A stretch of DNA of 64,000 nucleotides from an uncultured Phycisphaerales bacterium (GTDB lineage: Bacteria; Planctomycetota; Phycisphaerae; Sedimentisphaerales; Anaerobacaceae). Shown one piece after another: positions 1-11,391 of this stretch. The notes below the pieces were generated by a model. The model was given only the letters and a program-made list of their open reading frames with translations. It had not been told where the DNA came from and ran no database searches. A program made the position numbers and the translations under genes. Each line of letters starts with the position of its first letter. Position 1 is the stretch's first letter. The stretch lies in the NCBI GenBank assembly GCA_963718665.1, contig OY970359.1, positions 512,001-576,000 of the forward strand, given 5' to 3'.

Positions 1-140
1 AGCCGCAACGCAGCCAGAACATGTAACAAGGCGGTGGAATCCGCGCCGCCTGAAATCGCGAGCAGAACTTTTCCGCCAGCATGGGTAAGCTGTTCGGCTG
101 CGATAAAGTCCGCTGTTTTTTGTTCAAGTTTCTTCAGCAT
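1..140 (-). CDS. tilS: tRNA(Ile)-lysidine synthetase, N-terminal part (runs off window)
   Basis: Manual translation MLKKLEQKTADFIAAEQLTHAGGKVLLAISGGADSTALLHVL contains the PP-loop SGGxDS; not in the ORF track. Confidence 0.85.
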   Translation of the reverse strand, partial: MLKKLEQKTADFIAAEQLTHAGGKVLLAISGGADSTALLHVLAALR

Positions 141-146
141 CGACCG

Positions 147-183
147 TCAAAAGCAAATGGGCCTGACTGTCGGTCAGGCCCAT
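147..183 (-). terminator. Probable intrinsic terminator after the TPR lipoprotein gene
   Basis: 11-bp perfect stem ATGGGCCTGAC/GTCAGGCCCAT (157-167/173-183) followed by TTGCTTTT on the minus strand. Confidence 0.65.
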
Positions 184-223
184 AATTACGCGAAGTATTC
201 ATTCGAACAAATTCAAGCCGAGG

Positions 224-772
224 TTACGGCTGTGGTTTGACTTCCCCGGTTAATTCCTTGACCCGTTGTTCGGCAAAGGCGACCCACCGCTTATGCTCAT
301 CCGATCTGGTTATCTTCGACAGGGCCTCCTGATAAATCTGCAGCGCCTCAGTTCTTCTGCCCAACTGGGTATCAAGAAGATACGCCGCCTTGAACCTGGC
401 CGGGGTGGGCGTTTGCGGGTTCCACTGGTAGGTTCTCTGGTAATTCTTAACGGCGTTAGTGTAGTCCTTGAGGTACTCATAAATTCCGGCCATTCTGAAA
501 GCAGCATCGTCTATTTTGTCGCTTTTAGGATATTTGTTTATAAACTGGTCATACTTATCGAGCGCCTTTCTCAACAAGGCCTCGTCCTTGACGACCTTTA
601 ACGGGCCTGCCTGCTCTTCGATACGGACGGCCTCGGCATACAGGGCGTTAGCGTCCGAAGCGGCGCCGACCCTGGTATTCAACGTCTGTGATTTGCCCGC
701 ATCCTTACCGTTACACCCTACGAGAACGAACGATAACGTTATAACCAATACGATAACTGCTAACCTTGCCAT
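224..772 (-). CDS. TPR-repeat lipoprotein (BamD/CpoB-like)
   Basis: Lipobox LVGC; TPR-type FINKYPKSDKIDDAAF segment. Confidence 0.7.
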   Translation of the reverse strand: MARLAVIVLVITLSFVLVGCNGKDAGKSQTLNTRVGAASDANALYAEAVRIEEQAGPLKVVKDEALLRKALDKYDQFINKYPKSDKIDDAAFRMAGIYEYLKDYTNAVKNYQRTYQWNPQTPTPARFKAAYLLDTQLGRRTEALQIYQEALSKITRSDEHKRWVAFAEQRVKELTGEVKPQP

Positions 773-875
773 AATGGCCTCCTTTCAATTTCATAAAACA
801 GCCGGTAACTCCGCCGGCTACTCTCAATCACTTAACAATTTACCCAAACCCCGTCAAGAACAAACCGGCAAAAAA

Positions 876-2249
876 TCAATCCGTCGATTTCCTGATTATA
901 ACCGCGGAATAGCCGCCGTCGTGGTCAAAGGACTCCGCCGAGGGCAAAATCAGCTTTTCGGATTCAATTTTGAACCTGGGGTTTTCCTTAATAAATCCGC
1001 GAACAAGCAGGCCGTCTTCTTCGGGCTGGATGCTGCAGGTGCTGTAACAGATAACGCCTTTGGGTTTCAGCATACCGGCGGCCTTCGATAGCAGCATCAT
1101 TTGTGTCTCTGCAAGTTTATTGACGTCGTTTTTGGTAATTCTATGGCGAACCTCTGGCCTGCGGGCCAGAACACTGGTATTCGAGCAAGGCGCATCGACC
1201 AGCACACAATCAAAAACGCCCTGCTTTTCAACATCATTATATTCGATTGTCGAGATACTGCCTGACAAACCAAGGCGGACAATATTTTCGCCGACCATTT
1301 TCAGGCGATTGGCGTCGATATCCGTCGCAATTATTTTAGCCCTGCCGCCTGTCGCTTCCGCCAACTGCGTTGTCTTTGTACCCGGCGCGGCGCAAATGTC
1401 GAGAATCTTCCAGTCCGGCTGCGGCTTCAAAGCCCGCACCGCCTGCGACGCGGCCAAATCCTGAACTGTGAATAACCCATCATCGAAGCCGGGTAATGCG
1501 GTTATTGCTTTGGGGCTTGCCAGTTTTATCATTTGCGATTCGGGTTCAATCTCGCAGTCAACTTCAGCGGCTTTGAGTTTCTCCGAAAGTTCTTTCGCCG
1601 TGGTTTTGAGCGGATTGGGTCTCAGGTAAACGCTCGGTCTGCGATTGCTCGCAAGGCAAATCTTTTCTGCCTGCTGCCTGCCATATTCGTCGAACCAGCT
1701 TTGAACAAGCCAGTTGGACAACGAAAACGCACAGGCAAGATACTCACACGGCGATTTGTCCGGGTCGGAAAGTATCTCCATATCGAATTCGCAGGCCGTA
1801 TTCGGCGTTTGCGGGATAAGTTTGCGGAGCGAGGATTGCTCGGCGGGCTTTTGACGATTGATTATGTGTTTTTGCGTCTGGCGAAGTATCGCGTTGACGA
1901 ACCCGCCTCCTTTTGTATTGGCGATATGCTTTGCGTATTCGACCGCCTCGCAAATTATCACGTATTCTTTTGCCTGCGGGCAATAAACCAGCTCATATAC
2001 CCCTACCCTGATGATATTCAGAATTTTACTCGGTATATGCACAATTTTAATTCCCGATACTTTTTCGATAACAAGGTCGATGACCAGCCGGTTTTTTATC
2101 ACGCCGAAGACGAGGTCGGTCGCTTTTTGCCTGTTGGCAAGTTTTGGGTACTGGTCTAATGCGTCGCCGGCAAATTGTTTGTCTTTGCGGGTTTCGGTGA
2201 GCACTTCGGCTGCGACGCCGCGAGCGGTTATAGGTTTCGGCTCAGGCAT
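876..2249 (-). CDS. rsmB: 16S rRNA m5C967 methyltransferase (Sun/RsmB) with N-terminal NusB-like domain
   Basis: DICAAPGTKT, DAPCS and YSTCS motifs; adjacent to fmt-def. Confidence 0.92.
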   Translation of the reverse strand: MPEPKPITARGVAAEVLTETRKDKQFAGDALDQYPKLANRQKATDLVFGVIKNRLVIDLVIEKVSGIKIVHIPSKILNIIRVGVYELVYCPQAKEYVIICEAVEYAKHIANTKGGGFVNAILRQTQKHIINRQKPAEQSSLRKLIPQTPNTACEFDMEILSDPDKSPCEYLACAFSLSNWLVQSWFDEYGRQQAEKICLASNRRPSVYLRPNPLKTTAKELSEKLKAAEVDCEIEPESQMIKLASPKAITALPGFDDGLFTVQDLAASQAVRALKPQPDWKILDICAAPGTKTTQLAEATGGRAKIIATDIDANRLKMVGENIVRLGLSGSISTIEYNDVEKQGVFDCVLVDAPCSNTSVLARRPEVRHRITKNDVNKLAETQMMLLSKAAGMLKPKGVICYSTCSIQPEEDGLLVRGFIKENPRFKIESEKLILPSAESFDHDGGYSAVIIRKSTD

Positions 2250-2250
2250 A

Positions 2251-3204
2251 TCAATCCGTGATTTTGACGAACCGGTCGCCCGGCAAAACGCGTCTGCCGT
2301 TGACGAAATCAGCGAAACTCATCAGGCGGGAATTTTCCGGCTTCAACTGCATAATCTGCAAGCGGTCTTTGCCGCAGACGACGTTGAGGTTTTTGTCGAT
2401 TGTGCCGGGAGGCAGGTTCGCGGGATTATCCATTCGCAGGATATCCGCTTTAGCGAAGATGACTCGTTCCGCCCGGCTCGATTTTTGCGATTTGTAAAGA
2501 GCAGACACACCAGGCCAGGGCCACAAGCCAAGCATTTTGCGGTGCAGCAATTCCGCCGGCTCAGTGAAATCGAAAAAACCGTCGGCTTTTTTCAGTTTCG
2601 GGGCACGGGTGGCTGTGGCGTCATCCTGTTTTGCGTATTTGGCTGTTCCCGCCGCAATCTGGTCGATTGTCATAACGAGCAACGGCGCCGCCAGTTTCGC
2701 CAGCCGGTCGTGAAGTTTGCCCGCTGACTCCTCGCCGTCAATATCGGTACCGCATTGCGCGAGTATGTCGCCCGCGTCCATTCTTTCCGCAACCGTGATA
2801 ATACTGATGCCTGTTTCGGCGTCGCCGTTGATTATCGCCCAGTTTATTGGGGCAGCTCCGCGATATTTCGGCAGCAGCGACGCGTGAACGTTTATCGCTC
2901 CTTTTGGGGCGATACCGGTAACATCTTTGCTGATTTTCTGGCCGAATGCGATGACAACCAGAAGGTCGGGTTTGCAGGATTTTATTTTACCGATAATCTC
3001 GGATGAGTTCACATCAGGGGCTTCAATGACGGGCATCTTATTTTCAACTGCCCATTCGGCGACGGGCGTCGGCTTTTCTTTGCGTCCCCTGCCCGCGGGC
3101 TGTGCCGGCTGGGTGATAACGAGAGCAATTTTATGCCGCGAGCCAAGTATCACGTCGAGACAAGGTAAACCGAATTGGCCGCTTCCTAAATAAACGATAT
3201 TCAT
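2251..3204 (-). CDS. fmt: Methionyl-tRNA formyltransferase
   Basis: INVHASLLPKYRGAAPINW, MDAGD. Confidence 0.97.
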   Translation of the reverse strand: MNIVYLGSGQFGLPCLDVILGSRHKIALVITQPAQPAGRGRKEKPTPVAEWAVENKMPVIEAPDVNSSEIIGKIKSCKPDLLVVIAFGQKISKDVTGIAPKGAINVHASLLPKYRGAAPINWAIINGDAETGISIITVAERMDAGDILAQCGTDIDGEESAGKLHDRLAKLAAPLLVMTIDQIAAGTAKYAKQDDATATRAPKLKKADGFFDFTEPAELLHRKMLGLWPWPGVSALYKSQKSSRAERVIFAKADILRMDNPANLPPGTIDKNLNVVCGKDRLQIMQLKPENSRLMSFADFVNGRRVLPGDRFVKITD

Positions 3205-3227
3205 TGGTCTTTGGGGATTCCAGTTTT

Positions 3228-3755
3228 TCAGGAGCCAGCGTCGTTGTTCGCCTCTTCGAGTTTTTTCAACTGCTTTCGGTAAGTGATGCGGGCTATCGTC
3301 GGCATACGATTGACAATTGTAACGCCCTCGATGTGGTCAAACTCATGCTGAAGTGCGCGGGCGTAAAGTCCGTCGCCCTGCTCGGTGAAGGTTTTGCTGT
3401 CAAGGTCGGTTGCGGTAACAGTCGCAATACTGTATCGCTTGATTTTGGTATATACGCCCGGGACGGAAAGACAGCCCTCTTCGTTTTCTACAATCGGGCC
3501 CTCGCCCTTAACTGTCGGATTTACATAAACACGGACATTATTCCTGCTGCCGTCGAGAGAAATTATAAACAGGCGCAGAGGCACGCCCCCCTGCGGGGCG
3601 GCAAGGCCGACGCCCTTAAGCTCAACCATAATATCCGTCATCTTAACGACAAGTTGACGGATTGTATCGTCGATTTTATCGACCGGCAGTGAGGGTTCGC
3701 CCAGCACTTGTGCCGGGTAATGCGTTATATGACATTTTTCAATATCAATCGTCAT
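3228..3755 (-). CDS. def: Peptide deformylase
   Basis: GVGLAAPQ, EGCLS and QHEFDH motifs. Confidence 0.97.
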   Translation of the reverse strand: MTIDIEKCHITHYPAQVLGEPSLPVDKIDDTIRQLVVKMTDIMVELKGVGLAAPQGGVPLRLFIISLDGSRNNVRVYVNPTVKGEGPIVENEEGCLSVPGVYTKIKRYSIATVTATDLDSKTFTEQGDGLYARALQHEFDHIEGVTIVNRMPTIARITYRKQLKKLEEANNDAGS

Positions 3756-3764
3756 CCTGGCTCT

Positions 3765-4508
3765 CTAATTAAACTCATCGCCTTTGAAACTATTACCTAA
3801 ATACGCTTTCTTGACGATTTCGTTCTGGATAACCTGGGCCGGGGTGCCTTCCGCGAGAACCTTGCCGTGGTCGATGATATACGCCTTATCGACCACCTCA
3901 AGCGTTCTTTCAACGTTGTGGTCGGTAACCAGGATGCTGACGCCGGAGGCGACAAGCTGGCGAATGTCATTTTGCAGATCCTGGACGGTAATTGGGTCAA
4001 CGCCGCTGAAGGGTTCATCGAGAAGAATAAGCGACGGCTCAGTAACCATAGCGCGTGCGATTTCGAGTTTTCTGCGTTCGCCGCCCGACAGAAACCGTCC
4101 TTCGCTCTCGGCCACCTCGGTCAGGCCAAACCGTTCAATCAGCTCGTCGGCGCGGCTATCCCTGTGCTGTTTTGTAACGGCCATTGTTTCGAGAATGGCG
4201 TAAAGATTATCGCGGACGCTGAGCCGCTGAAAGATGCTGGGCTCCTGCGAAAGATACCCGATGCCAAGACGTGCCCTTTTGAACATCGGCAGTTTTGTGA
4301 TGTCATTGCCTTCGAAGACAACCTGACCAGCCGTTGGGATTATCATCCCCATAATCATCCGGAAGCTGGTGGTCTTGCCCGCGCCGTTTCGGCCAAGCAG
4401 GCCAACGATGCTACGGTGGGCGATTGAGATTGAGACGCCGTTGACAACCGCCCTTCCCGAATACTTTTTCACTAATCCGCTTGCTTCGAGCAAATTCGTA
4501 TCAGCCAA
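3765..4508 (-). CDS. lptB: LPS export ABC transporter ATP-binding protein
   Basis: Walker A GRNGAGKTT, LSGGERR, LLDEPFSGVDP, TDHNV. Confidence 0.92.
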   Translation of the reverse strand: MADTNLLEASGLVKKYSGRAVVNGVSISIAHRSIVGLLGRNGAGKTTSFRMIMGMIIPTAGQVVFEGNDITKLPMFKRARLGIGYLSQEPSIFQRLSVRDNLYAILETMAVTKQHRDSRADELIERFGLTEVAESEGRFLSGGERRKLEIARAMVTEPSLILLDEPFSGVDPITVQDLQNDIRQLVASGVSILVTDHNVERTLEVVDKAYIIDHGKVLAEGTPAQVIQNEIVKKAYLGNSFKGDEFN

Positions 4509-4726
4509 GGTAATCCCCTTATTGAAGTAACATATTATTTTGGGGTATTATATCACCACCGTCATCCAAAGCAACCAAATAGAACCCGCCCCGGCATTTT
4601 GAAGCCGACCGCAAACAATCGCGAAAAACCAACAAATACACTGGCCTTTTTGTGGTTTTTCTGCTATTAAGTTACATTCGCATTATGTGTTTTATGGTAT
4701 AAACGGCAATCAACGATGAGTGAGAT

Positions 4727-5503
4727 ATGTTTGCAATTATAAGTGATATACATTCGAATATCGAGGCACTAACTACCGTCCTGGCTGATATCGAGAACCG
4801 CGGCATAAAAACCATTTACTGCCTCGGCGACGTCATCGGCTACGGCGCAAACCCGCGGGAATGTTTAGACCTGGTCCTCAACAAGACCAAATGGTGCGTT
4901 TTAGGAAACCACGATTACGCCACGCTTTATGAGCCGACAAATTTCAATTACGGCGCAGAACAGGCCAGCTTCTGGACACGTTTCAACCTCGAAGGCGAAC
5001 CTGACAAACAGGCCAAAGACAACCGATGGGGTTTTTTGGGCAAATTGCCTATGAGAAGGTCTTTCAAGGCAAAGCTCGGCGACGTCGCGGCAACCATCGA
5101 TTTTATACACGCATCGCCCCGCAGACCCATCAATGAGTATATCTTCCCCGACGACGTTTATACCAACCCCGTAAAGGTCCGTGTGCTTTTCGAGCGGGTC
5201 AAGCACTTGTGTTTCGTAGGCCACACGCATTTGCCGGGCGTATTCCTCGATGAGCCGGATTTTTACCTGCCCAACGAATTAGGTAACGTATATCCGATTG
5301 TCGAAGACGAAAAGGCGATTATCAACATCGGCTCGGTGGGCCAGCCACGCGACCACGACAACCGTGCAAGCTACGTTTACGTCGAGGAAAACGAGGTGCA
5401 TTTTGTCCGTCTCGAATACGATTATAAAACCACCGCCGAAAAAATCAGGGCGCTGGGGCAGCTCGATACCTTCAACGCCGACCGGCTTGAAGAAGGAAGA
5501 TAA
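4727..5503 (+). CDS. Calcineurin-like metallophosphoesterase
   Basis: SDIH, GDVIGYG, GNHD, GHTH, GSVGQPRD. Confidence 0.88.
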   Translation: MFAIISDIHSNIEALTTVLADIENRGIKTIYCLGDVIGYGANPRECLDLVLNKTKWCVLGNHDYATLYEPTNFNYGAEQASFWTRFNLEGEPDKQAKDNRWGFLGKLPMRRSFKAKLGDVAATIDFIHASPRRPINEYIFPDDVYTNPVKVRVLFERVKHLCFVGHTHLPGVFLDEPDFYLPNELGNVYPIVEDEKAIINIGSVGQPRDHDNRASYVYVEENEVHFVRLEYDYKTTAEKIRALGQLDTFNADRLEEGR

Positions 5504-5546
5504 AACTGTAACAGAAGACGAAAAACAGAGGACAGAAAACAGAAAT

Positions 5547-7418
5547 ATGAATTTAAAAACCATACTGGCACTGATGTTAATTGTTTTTTGTTCGCCCTGC
5601 ATAACTCTGGCTGCCGACGAAGCACCATCTCTACAGACGGCGCCTCAACCCAACTTCAGCGCAGTCGGCGGAGGTCCCAAAACCATAACCCTCGGCTCGC
5701 TCGACCCGAACACCGGATTCAAGTTTCTAATCGACCTCACATCCCGCGGCGCCGGTATCAGCGACGCCAAACTCAGCGAATTCGGCGACCTCGACCACAA
5801 AAATCCTCAGCCGCTCGTGATACTATCGCCGACAGTCAATCTCGACGGCACGCCTGCTTTTTCAATGGCAACCCGGTCGCTCATACTGGACAACCAGCTG
5901 CAGTTACGCTTAGACAAGCTCGACTGGACAGCCGGCGACGTCGAAACCGATAACGGCGCACAAACCGCCCGCTTTGAGGCAATCATAAAAGACAAGACCA
6001 CGGGCAAATTCGCCGTCAAACTGACAAAAATCTACCGTGTCACCCCCAAACTTTACGACCTCGACTGCGAGTTAGTCATAGAGAATCTCTCTTCCGATGA
6101 ACATAAAATCCAGTTTGAGATGACCGGCCCAGCCGGCATAAAAAGAGACGACCCGAGGACTGACTCAAGAAAAACCATCGCGGCTTTCAGAGATACCAAA
6201 GGCGAAATTGTCAGCACATCCCTGCCCATTGGCAAGCTTCAAAAGGCCACAACACCTGAAAGCAGACAGCTCGCCCAGCACAACGCGGGTTTTATCTGGG
6301 CGGCAATCACCTGCAAATACTTCACGGCCATCGTCATTCCAACGCCCGACGCGAATATGAATTTCTGCAACTGGATAACTGATAAGGAGGGCTGGTTCGC
6401 AAATCCGGATGGCGACTACCAGAATAATAGCGGCGACGAAACCATAGGCATCGACCTTAGAACCACAACTATTACGCTTGCCCCGGCAGGAAGTAAAACT
6501 TTAAGCTTCAAGTTATTCCTCGGCCCCAAGGATAAATCGCTGTTCGACAAAGTACCGATGTATCAAAACCTCGGATTTGTCAACACAATGGATTTTATGG
6601 CCTGCTGCTGCCCTGCCGCAATCATCCATCCTCTGGCCTTCGGAATCCTCTGGCTTTTGAAATGGGTCTATACGTTTATCCCCAATTATGGCATCGTAAT
6701 CATTATCCTCGTCCTGCTCGTCCGTCTGATGCTTCACCCTCTCACCCGGCTGAGCCAGGTGTCGATGAGCAAATACTCGAAATTCAACGCCTTGCCTGAA
6801 GTGCAGGACATAAGGAAACAATACGGCAAAAATATGATGGAGATGAACCGCCGAATCGCCGAGGTGCAGAAAAAATACGGCGTGTCTCACTCCGCGGCGG
6901 TTATGGGAATGCTGCCGACAATGGTGCAGATGCCGATATGGATTGCGCTATACGGCGCTGTTTACGCCAGTATCGACCTTCGCGGCGCACAGTTTTTGCC
7001 CTTCTGGATTACAGACCTCTCGGCTCCCGACGCGTTGTTCAGGTTCAAGGCGGTATCGCTGCCCCTGTTAGGCACGCTCGACTCGTTTAACCTGCTGCCG
7101 ATTCTGATGGGTGTGGCGTTTTACCTCCAGCAAAAACTTATGCCCGCACAGGTCGCCACCGACTCGCAAACAGCACAACAACAGAAAATTATGATGTTTA
7201 TGATGCCAGTGATGTTCCCGCTAATGCTATACAATTCGCCTTCGGGGCTGAATCTTTATATTATGGCCAGCGTTTTTGGCGGCGTCATTGAGCAATACAT
7301 CATCAAAAAACACATCGCCAAACAGGAACTGCTGGAAACCGAAAACTTCGTCCCCGTAACGAGTAAAACCGGCGGCAAAGTCAAAAAGCCAAAGCCGAAA
7401 CCGTTCTTCAGAATATAA
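5547..7418 (+). CDS. yidC: Membrane protein insertase YidC
   Basis: N-terminal hydrophobic segment, periplasmic domain, GPK, NYGIVII, QMPIWIALY, WITDLSAPD; start moved to ATG 5547 to avoid overlap with the upstream gene. Confidence 0.93.
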   Translation: MNLKTILALMLIVFCSPCITLAADEAPSLQTAPQPNFSAVGGGPKTITLGSLDPNTGFKFLIDLTSRGAGISDAKLSEFGDLDHKNPQPLVILSPTVNLDGTPAFSMATRSLILDNQLQLRLDKLDWTAGDVETDNGAQTARFEAIIKDKTTGKFAVKLTKIYRVTPKLYDLDCELVIENLSSDEHKIQFEMTGPAGIKRDDPRTDSRKTIAAFRDTKGEIVSTSLPIGKLQKATTPESRQLAQHNAGFIWAAITCKYFTAIVIPTPDANMNFCNWITDKEGWFANPDGDYQNNSGDETIGIDLRTTTITLAPAGSKTLSFKLFLGPKDKSLFDKVPMYQNLGFVNTMDFMACCCPAAIIHPLAFGILWLLKWVYTFIPNYGIVIIILVLLVRLMLHPLTRLSQVSMSKYSKFNALPEVQDIRKQYGKNMMEMNRRIAEVQKKYGVSHSAAVMGMLPTMVQMPIWIALYGAVYASIDLRGAQFLPFWITDLSAPDALFRFKAVSLPLLGTLDSFNLLPILMGVAFYLQQKLMPAQVATDSQTAQQQKIMMFMMPVMFPLMLYNSPSGLNLYIMASVFGGVIEQYIIKKHIAKQELLETENFVPVTSKTGGKVKKPKPKPFFRI

Positions 7419-7541
7419 CTAACGTTAAACGGTTGCGGTTGCGCGGCTCGTATCGGTTGCGTCAAACGTTACTCGTCGCGTAATACGTAACCGTAAGACG
7501 ATTGACGAAACGAGCAGCGTAACCGACAGACGAAATACGCT

Positions 7542-8921
7542 ATGTATGCCCCAAACGATACAATCATAGCAGTAAGTTCCCCCACCGGCGACCATCGAGT
7601 AATTTTACGAATAACCGGCCCGCAGACACTCGATATCCTGAACCATATTTGCGCATCACCTCTCGCCGACAAAGCGGGCATAACGGTTTGTCGCATATCA
7701 GATATAAATCTCGACGCGGTTGTTTACCTTTTCCGCCAGCCGCGTTCTTACACGGGAGACGACCTGGCTGAAATACACTTATGGACAAATCAGGCAATCA
7801 CTGAAAAGTTGATGGAAAAGTTATTATCACTCGGCGCCCGCCTCGCTTCCGCGGGCGAGTTCACCGCAAGGGCATATCTAAATAACAAAATCGACCTCGC
7901 ACAAGCCGAGGCCGTAAACGAAGTGATTACCGCCTCGAACACGTTTCAGCTTGCCGCAGCGGAAAACCTGTTAGCAGGCCGGCTGGGGCGATTATCAAAA
8001 ACAATTCGCGAATCAATTCTCGACCTTCTCAGCCGGCTCGAAGCGGACCTTGATTTCAACACCGAAGATATCGCTCCCGCCAATAAAGCAGATATAATCG
8101 CCAAATTGAACGAGACAGTAAACCGGCTAAACGACCTCTTAGCCGGCTCGATACGCAGCGAATCAACGCTTGACCTTCCAGCAGTCGGAATCGCAGGAAC
8201 TCCAAACGCAGGCAAAAGCACGCTGCTTAATAAGTTGCTTGGCAGACAACGCAGTATCGTTTCGCATCAGCGAAAAACAACCCGTGATGTCCTCACAGGC
8301 GAATTCGAGCTTCCCGGCTGTCGCTGCGTTCTCTTTGATTGCGCCGGGCTTACAACCCACGCCGAAACTGTAATTGACGAACTCGCCCAGCAGGCCGCAA
8401 TTGAAGCGATACGAAACGCAATGGTAGTTGTCTTCTGCGTCGATATAACAAAGCCTGAATGGGCCGAAGATATTGCGATACGCCAATTGATAAACCAATC
8501 GAATCTCACAGCAATCGCCACAAAAACCGATTTGCTTTTGGAAAAAGGTATTGCCGAACGGCTCTCAAAACTAAAATTGCTCTTCGGCTGCGATTTCCTT
8601 CCCGTCTCCGCACACAGCGGCACAGGCATCGATAACCTAAAAACACAAATAACCGAACTAATAATCGCCGCCACATCCAAGCACGACAAATCCACCCCGG
8701 CGGATAAATACGGCATCGCATTGACCGCCAGACACAGGCAGGCGCTCAATAATGCGATTCACGATATCATCCAGGCCAAAAAAGAAATAAAGGCAGGCAG
8801 TGAGGAACTGGCCGCCATGATGCTCAGAACCGCCTATAACCAGCTAAGCAATATCGAGCAGCACAATATCGATGAACAGATTCTCGACCGTATCTTCTCA
8901 CGCTTTTGCATCGGGAAATAA
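7542..8921 (+). CDS. mnmE: tRNA modification GTPase MnmE
   Basis: GEFTARAYLN, GTPNAGKS, TTRD, C-terminal FCIGK; follows yidC. Confidence 0.96.
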   Translation: MYAPNDTIIAVSSPTGDHRVILRITGPQTLDILNHICASPLADKAGITVCRISDINLDAVVYLFRQPRSYTGDDLAEIHLWTNQAITEKLMEKLLSLGARLASAGEFTARAYLNNKIDLAQAEAVNEVITASNTFQLAAAENLLAGRLGRLSKTIRESILDLLSRLEADLDFNTEDIAPANKADIIAKLNETVNRLNDLLAGSIRSESTLDLPAVGIAGTPNAGKSTLLNKLLGRQRSIVSHQRKTTRDVLTGEFELPGCRCVLFDCAGLTTHAETVIDELAQQAAIEAIRNAMVVVFCVDITKPEWAEDIAIRQLINQSNLTAIATKTDLLLEKGIAERLSKLKLLFGCDFLPVSAHSGTGIDNLKTQITELIIAATSKHDKSTPADKYGIALTARHRQALNNAIHDIIQAKKEIKAGSEELAAMMLRTAYNQLSNIEQHNIDEQILDRIFSRFCIGK

Positions 8922-8991
8922 AAAGAGCTTTCGCACTTCTTGTCTTTATGCCCCGTATGCCGTATTTGCGTTTACTTTTTATCGTCCATTT

Positions 8992-10059
8992 TTACTGTAC
9001 AGGAACGCGTTCGACTCTGCACATTTTGCCTCTTAACCTGTTGAGACATACCTTTACAAGCATAAGCATCACGGGGACTTCGACGAGCGGGCCAATGACG
9101 GCCGCGAAGGCCTGGCCGGAGTTAATGCCAAAAACAGTTACTGTCACGGCAATAGCCAATTCAAAATTGTTGCTTGCGGCAGTAAGAGACAAAGTTGTCG
9201 ATTGACCATAGCCGGCGCCCGCCTTTGCGCTGATGAAAAAAGTGATGAAAAACATCGCGACAAAATAAATCAGCAAAGGCAACGCGATACGAAGCACATC
9301 AACAGGCAGGGAAACTATAAACTGCCCTTTCATACTGAACATCACCACGATTGTGAAAAGCAGGGCAATCAATGTAACGGGGCTGATTTTGGGAATGAAT
9401 TTGTTTTGATACCAGTCCCTGTTTTTAATCTTTATCAAAGAAAACCTTGTAACAACACCGGCTATGAACGGTATCCCCAGATAGACAAAAACACTTTTGG
9501 CGATTTGGGAAATGGAGACGTTGACGACGCTGCCGGCCAAACCGAAAACGGGAGGCAGGACCGTTACAAATATGTAAGCGTAAACGGAAAAGAACAATAC
9601 CTGAAAAATCGAATTAAACGCCACAAGACCCGCGGCGTATTCCGTATCGCCTTTGGCGAGGTCGTTCCAGACAATGACCATTGCGATACATCTGGCGAGC
9701 CCGATGATAATCAGGCCAACCATATATTCCGGATAGCCCCTCAAAAATACTATCGCCAGGACAAACATCAGGACCGGGCCGATTACCCAATTTTGAAGCA
9801 AAGACAGCCCCAGTATCTTATAATTGCGAAAGACCCCGCCAAGCTCCTCGTATTTTACCTTTGCCAAAGGCGGATACATCATCAGAATCAGCCCGATTGC
9901 GATGGGGACATTGGTCGTGCCGTATTGAAAACTGTTCCAGAAATTCACAATCGAGGGATAAAAATAGCCCGATGCGACGCCGATACCCATCGCCAGGAAA
10001 ATCCACAAAGTCAAATACCTGTCCAAAAAAGATAACTGTCTTGCTATGCCATCTTTCAT
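8992..10059 (-). CDS. acr3: Acr3-family arsenite efflux transporter
   Basis: [46 protein letters not shown]. Confidence 0.95.
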   Translation of the reverse strand: MKDGIARQLSFLDRYLTLWIFLAMGIGVASGYFYPSIVNFWNSFQYGTTNVPIAIGLILMMYPPLAKVKYEELGGVFRNYKILGLSLLQNWVIGPVLMFVLAIVFLRGYPEYMVGLIIIGLARCIAMVIVWNDLAKGDTEYAAGLVAFNSIFQVLFFSVYAYIFVTVLPPVFGLAGSVVNVSISQIAKSVFVYLGIPFIAGVVTRFSLIKIKNRDWYQNKFIPKISPVTLIALLFTIVVMFSMKGQFIVSLPVDVLRIALPLLIYFVAMFFITFFISAKAGAGYGQSTTLSLTAASNNFELAIAVTVTVFGINSGQAFAAVIGPLVEVPVMLMLVKVCLNRLRGKMCRVERVPVQ

Positions 10060-10075
10060 CCGTATCCCCTTATTT

Positions 10076-10777
10076 TTACTTCGCCGTATAAATCAGGTAC
10101 AATCCTCCGAAAATAACGAGGACTCCGCATACCCATCTTAAAATAATTGCTCCCTGCGAACGCTCGTTCCAGTTCATATACCGCTGAACAACCTCCGTAA
10201 ATGTCCCCGCAAACACAATCACCGAGCAATGGCCGAGACCATAAATAATCAATAGCGATGCCCCATATAACAAATTTGTCTGCGCCACTTTGAATGTTAC
10301 TCCAAGAATCGGCGCCATATACGCAAACGTGCAGGGGCCGACCGCTATTCCGAAAATAAGTCCCAGGAGCAGCGCCGCTAACAACCCTCTTTTCTTTATA
10401 TTTACCTGTCCCGGAGCCGACCACGGCATTGAGATGACTTCCATAAGGTACAAGCCGACCACAAAAAATATCCCTGCCACAAAATAATTCGCATAAGGCC
10501 CGATGTCGCCCAGAATTTTACCTGCCATCGCGGTAATAAGGCCTATGAGGGATATGGTCAGTAAAATACCCGCCGCAAACACCGCTGAAATAGCAAACGC
10601 CCTTTTTGTGCTGATTTGTCCCTGCCTGTCAACGAACCCGACAATCAGCGGGATGCTCGCCAGATGACAGGGGCTAAGCAGTATGCTTAAGATTCCCCAG
10701 ATAAACGACGCCGCTATTGCTATTGCCGCTGTACCCTCGACCGCCTGCGTCAAACTTGTAAAGATACGCTCAATCAT
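10076..10777 (-). CDS. CcdA/DsbD-type transmembrane electron transporter
   Basis: LSPCH and GPCT paired cysteines, multiple TM helices. Confidence 0.85.
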   Translation of the reverse strand: MIERIFTSLTQAVEGTAAIAIAASFIWGILSILLSPCHLASIPLIVGFVDRQGQISTKRAFAISAVFAAGILLTISLIGLITAMAGKILGDIGPYANYFVAGIFFVVGLYLMEVISMPWSAPGQVNIKKRGLLAALLLGLIFGIAVGPCTFAYMAPILGVTFKVAQTNLLYGASLLIIYGLGHCSVIVFAGTFTEVVQRYMNWNERSQGAIILRWVCGVLVIFGGLYLIYTAK

Positions 10778-11391
10778 TTCAGCCCGCCCAGGTCAACTCC
10801 GAATTCTTTCCACTTGGCGAGGATGTCTTTCTTCGGGAAAAAACCTTCGTGACGAAACAGCTCTTTGCCAGAGGAATCATAAAATATCTGCGTTGGGATT
10901 ACGCTTATTTTATATTTTGGGGCCTCATTAGGATTTTTCCAGACGTCGATAAAATCGACTTGGAGTTTGCCATTATACGTGGTTTTAAGTTCTTCGAGTA
11001 TCGGCGCCATCATCTTGCAAGGGATACATTTATCCGCCCCCAAATCCAAAAGCCGAGGCAACTTGGCAGTCATAGTATTTTCAAGATTCTGTGGTTTACT
11101 TTCCGTAGTCGTTGCCGGGTTTGAACTTGCCACTGCAACAGGTTCAGAAACCGAACCTCTGTTTTTTTGTTTTAAAGCGAAAACCATGCCCACAGCCGTA
11201 ACCAGCGCGACAATAATTACAATTTTCATCGCTTTATTCATAAACGAAACTCCTTTGGATTTTATTAACGCCTTTAACCAGTTAAACAAAATCCATGTCC
11301 CTGCAAACATCGCAAGCAGCACCAACGGATTAGAGGGGCCATCGCCGCTACAAGGGCACAACATCAAAATTTTAATTTGCAAGCTGCTCAT
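10774..11391 (-). CDS. Membrane-anchored thioredoxin-family protein (alternative start at 11241)
   Basis: CIPCKMM, IPTQIF, RHEGF. Confidence 0.85.
   Translation of the reverse strand: MSSLQIKILMLCPCSGDGPSNPLVLLAMFAGTWILFNWLKALIKSKGVSFMNKAMKIVIIVALVTAVGMVFALKQKNRGSVSEPVAVASSNPATTTESKPQNLENTMTAKLPRLLDLGADKCIPCKMMAPILEELKTTYNGKLQVDFIDVWKNPNEAPKYKISVIPTQIFYDSSGKELFRHEGFFPKKDILAKWKEFGVDLGGLK

Noticed and set aside
5298..5546. Long N-terminal extension of YidC in the ORF track
   Set aside because: Overlaps the upstream phosphoesterase gene and a heptamer tract; ATG 5547 gives a normal hydrophobic N-terminus.
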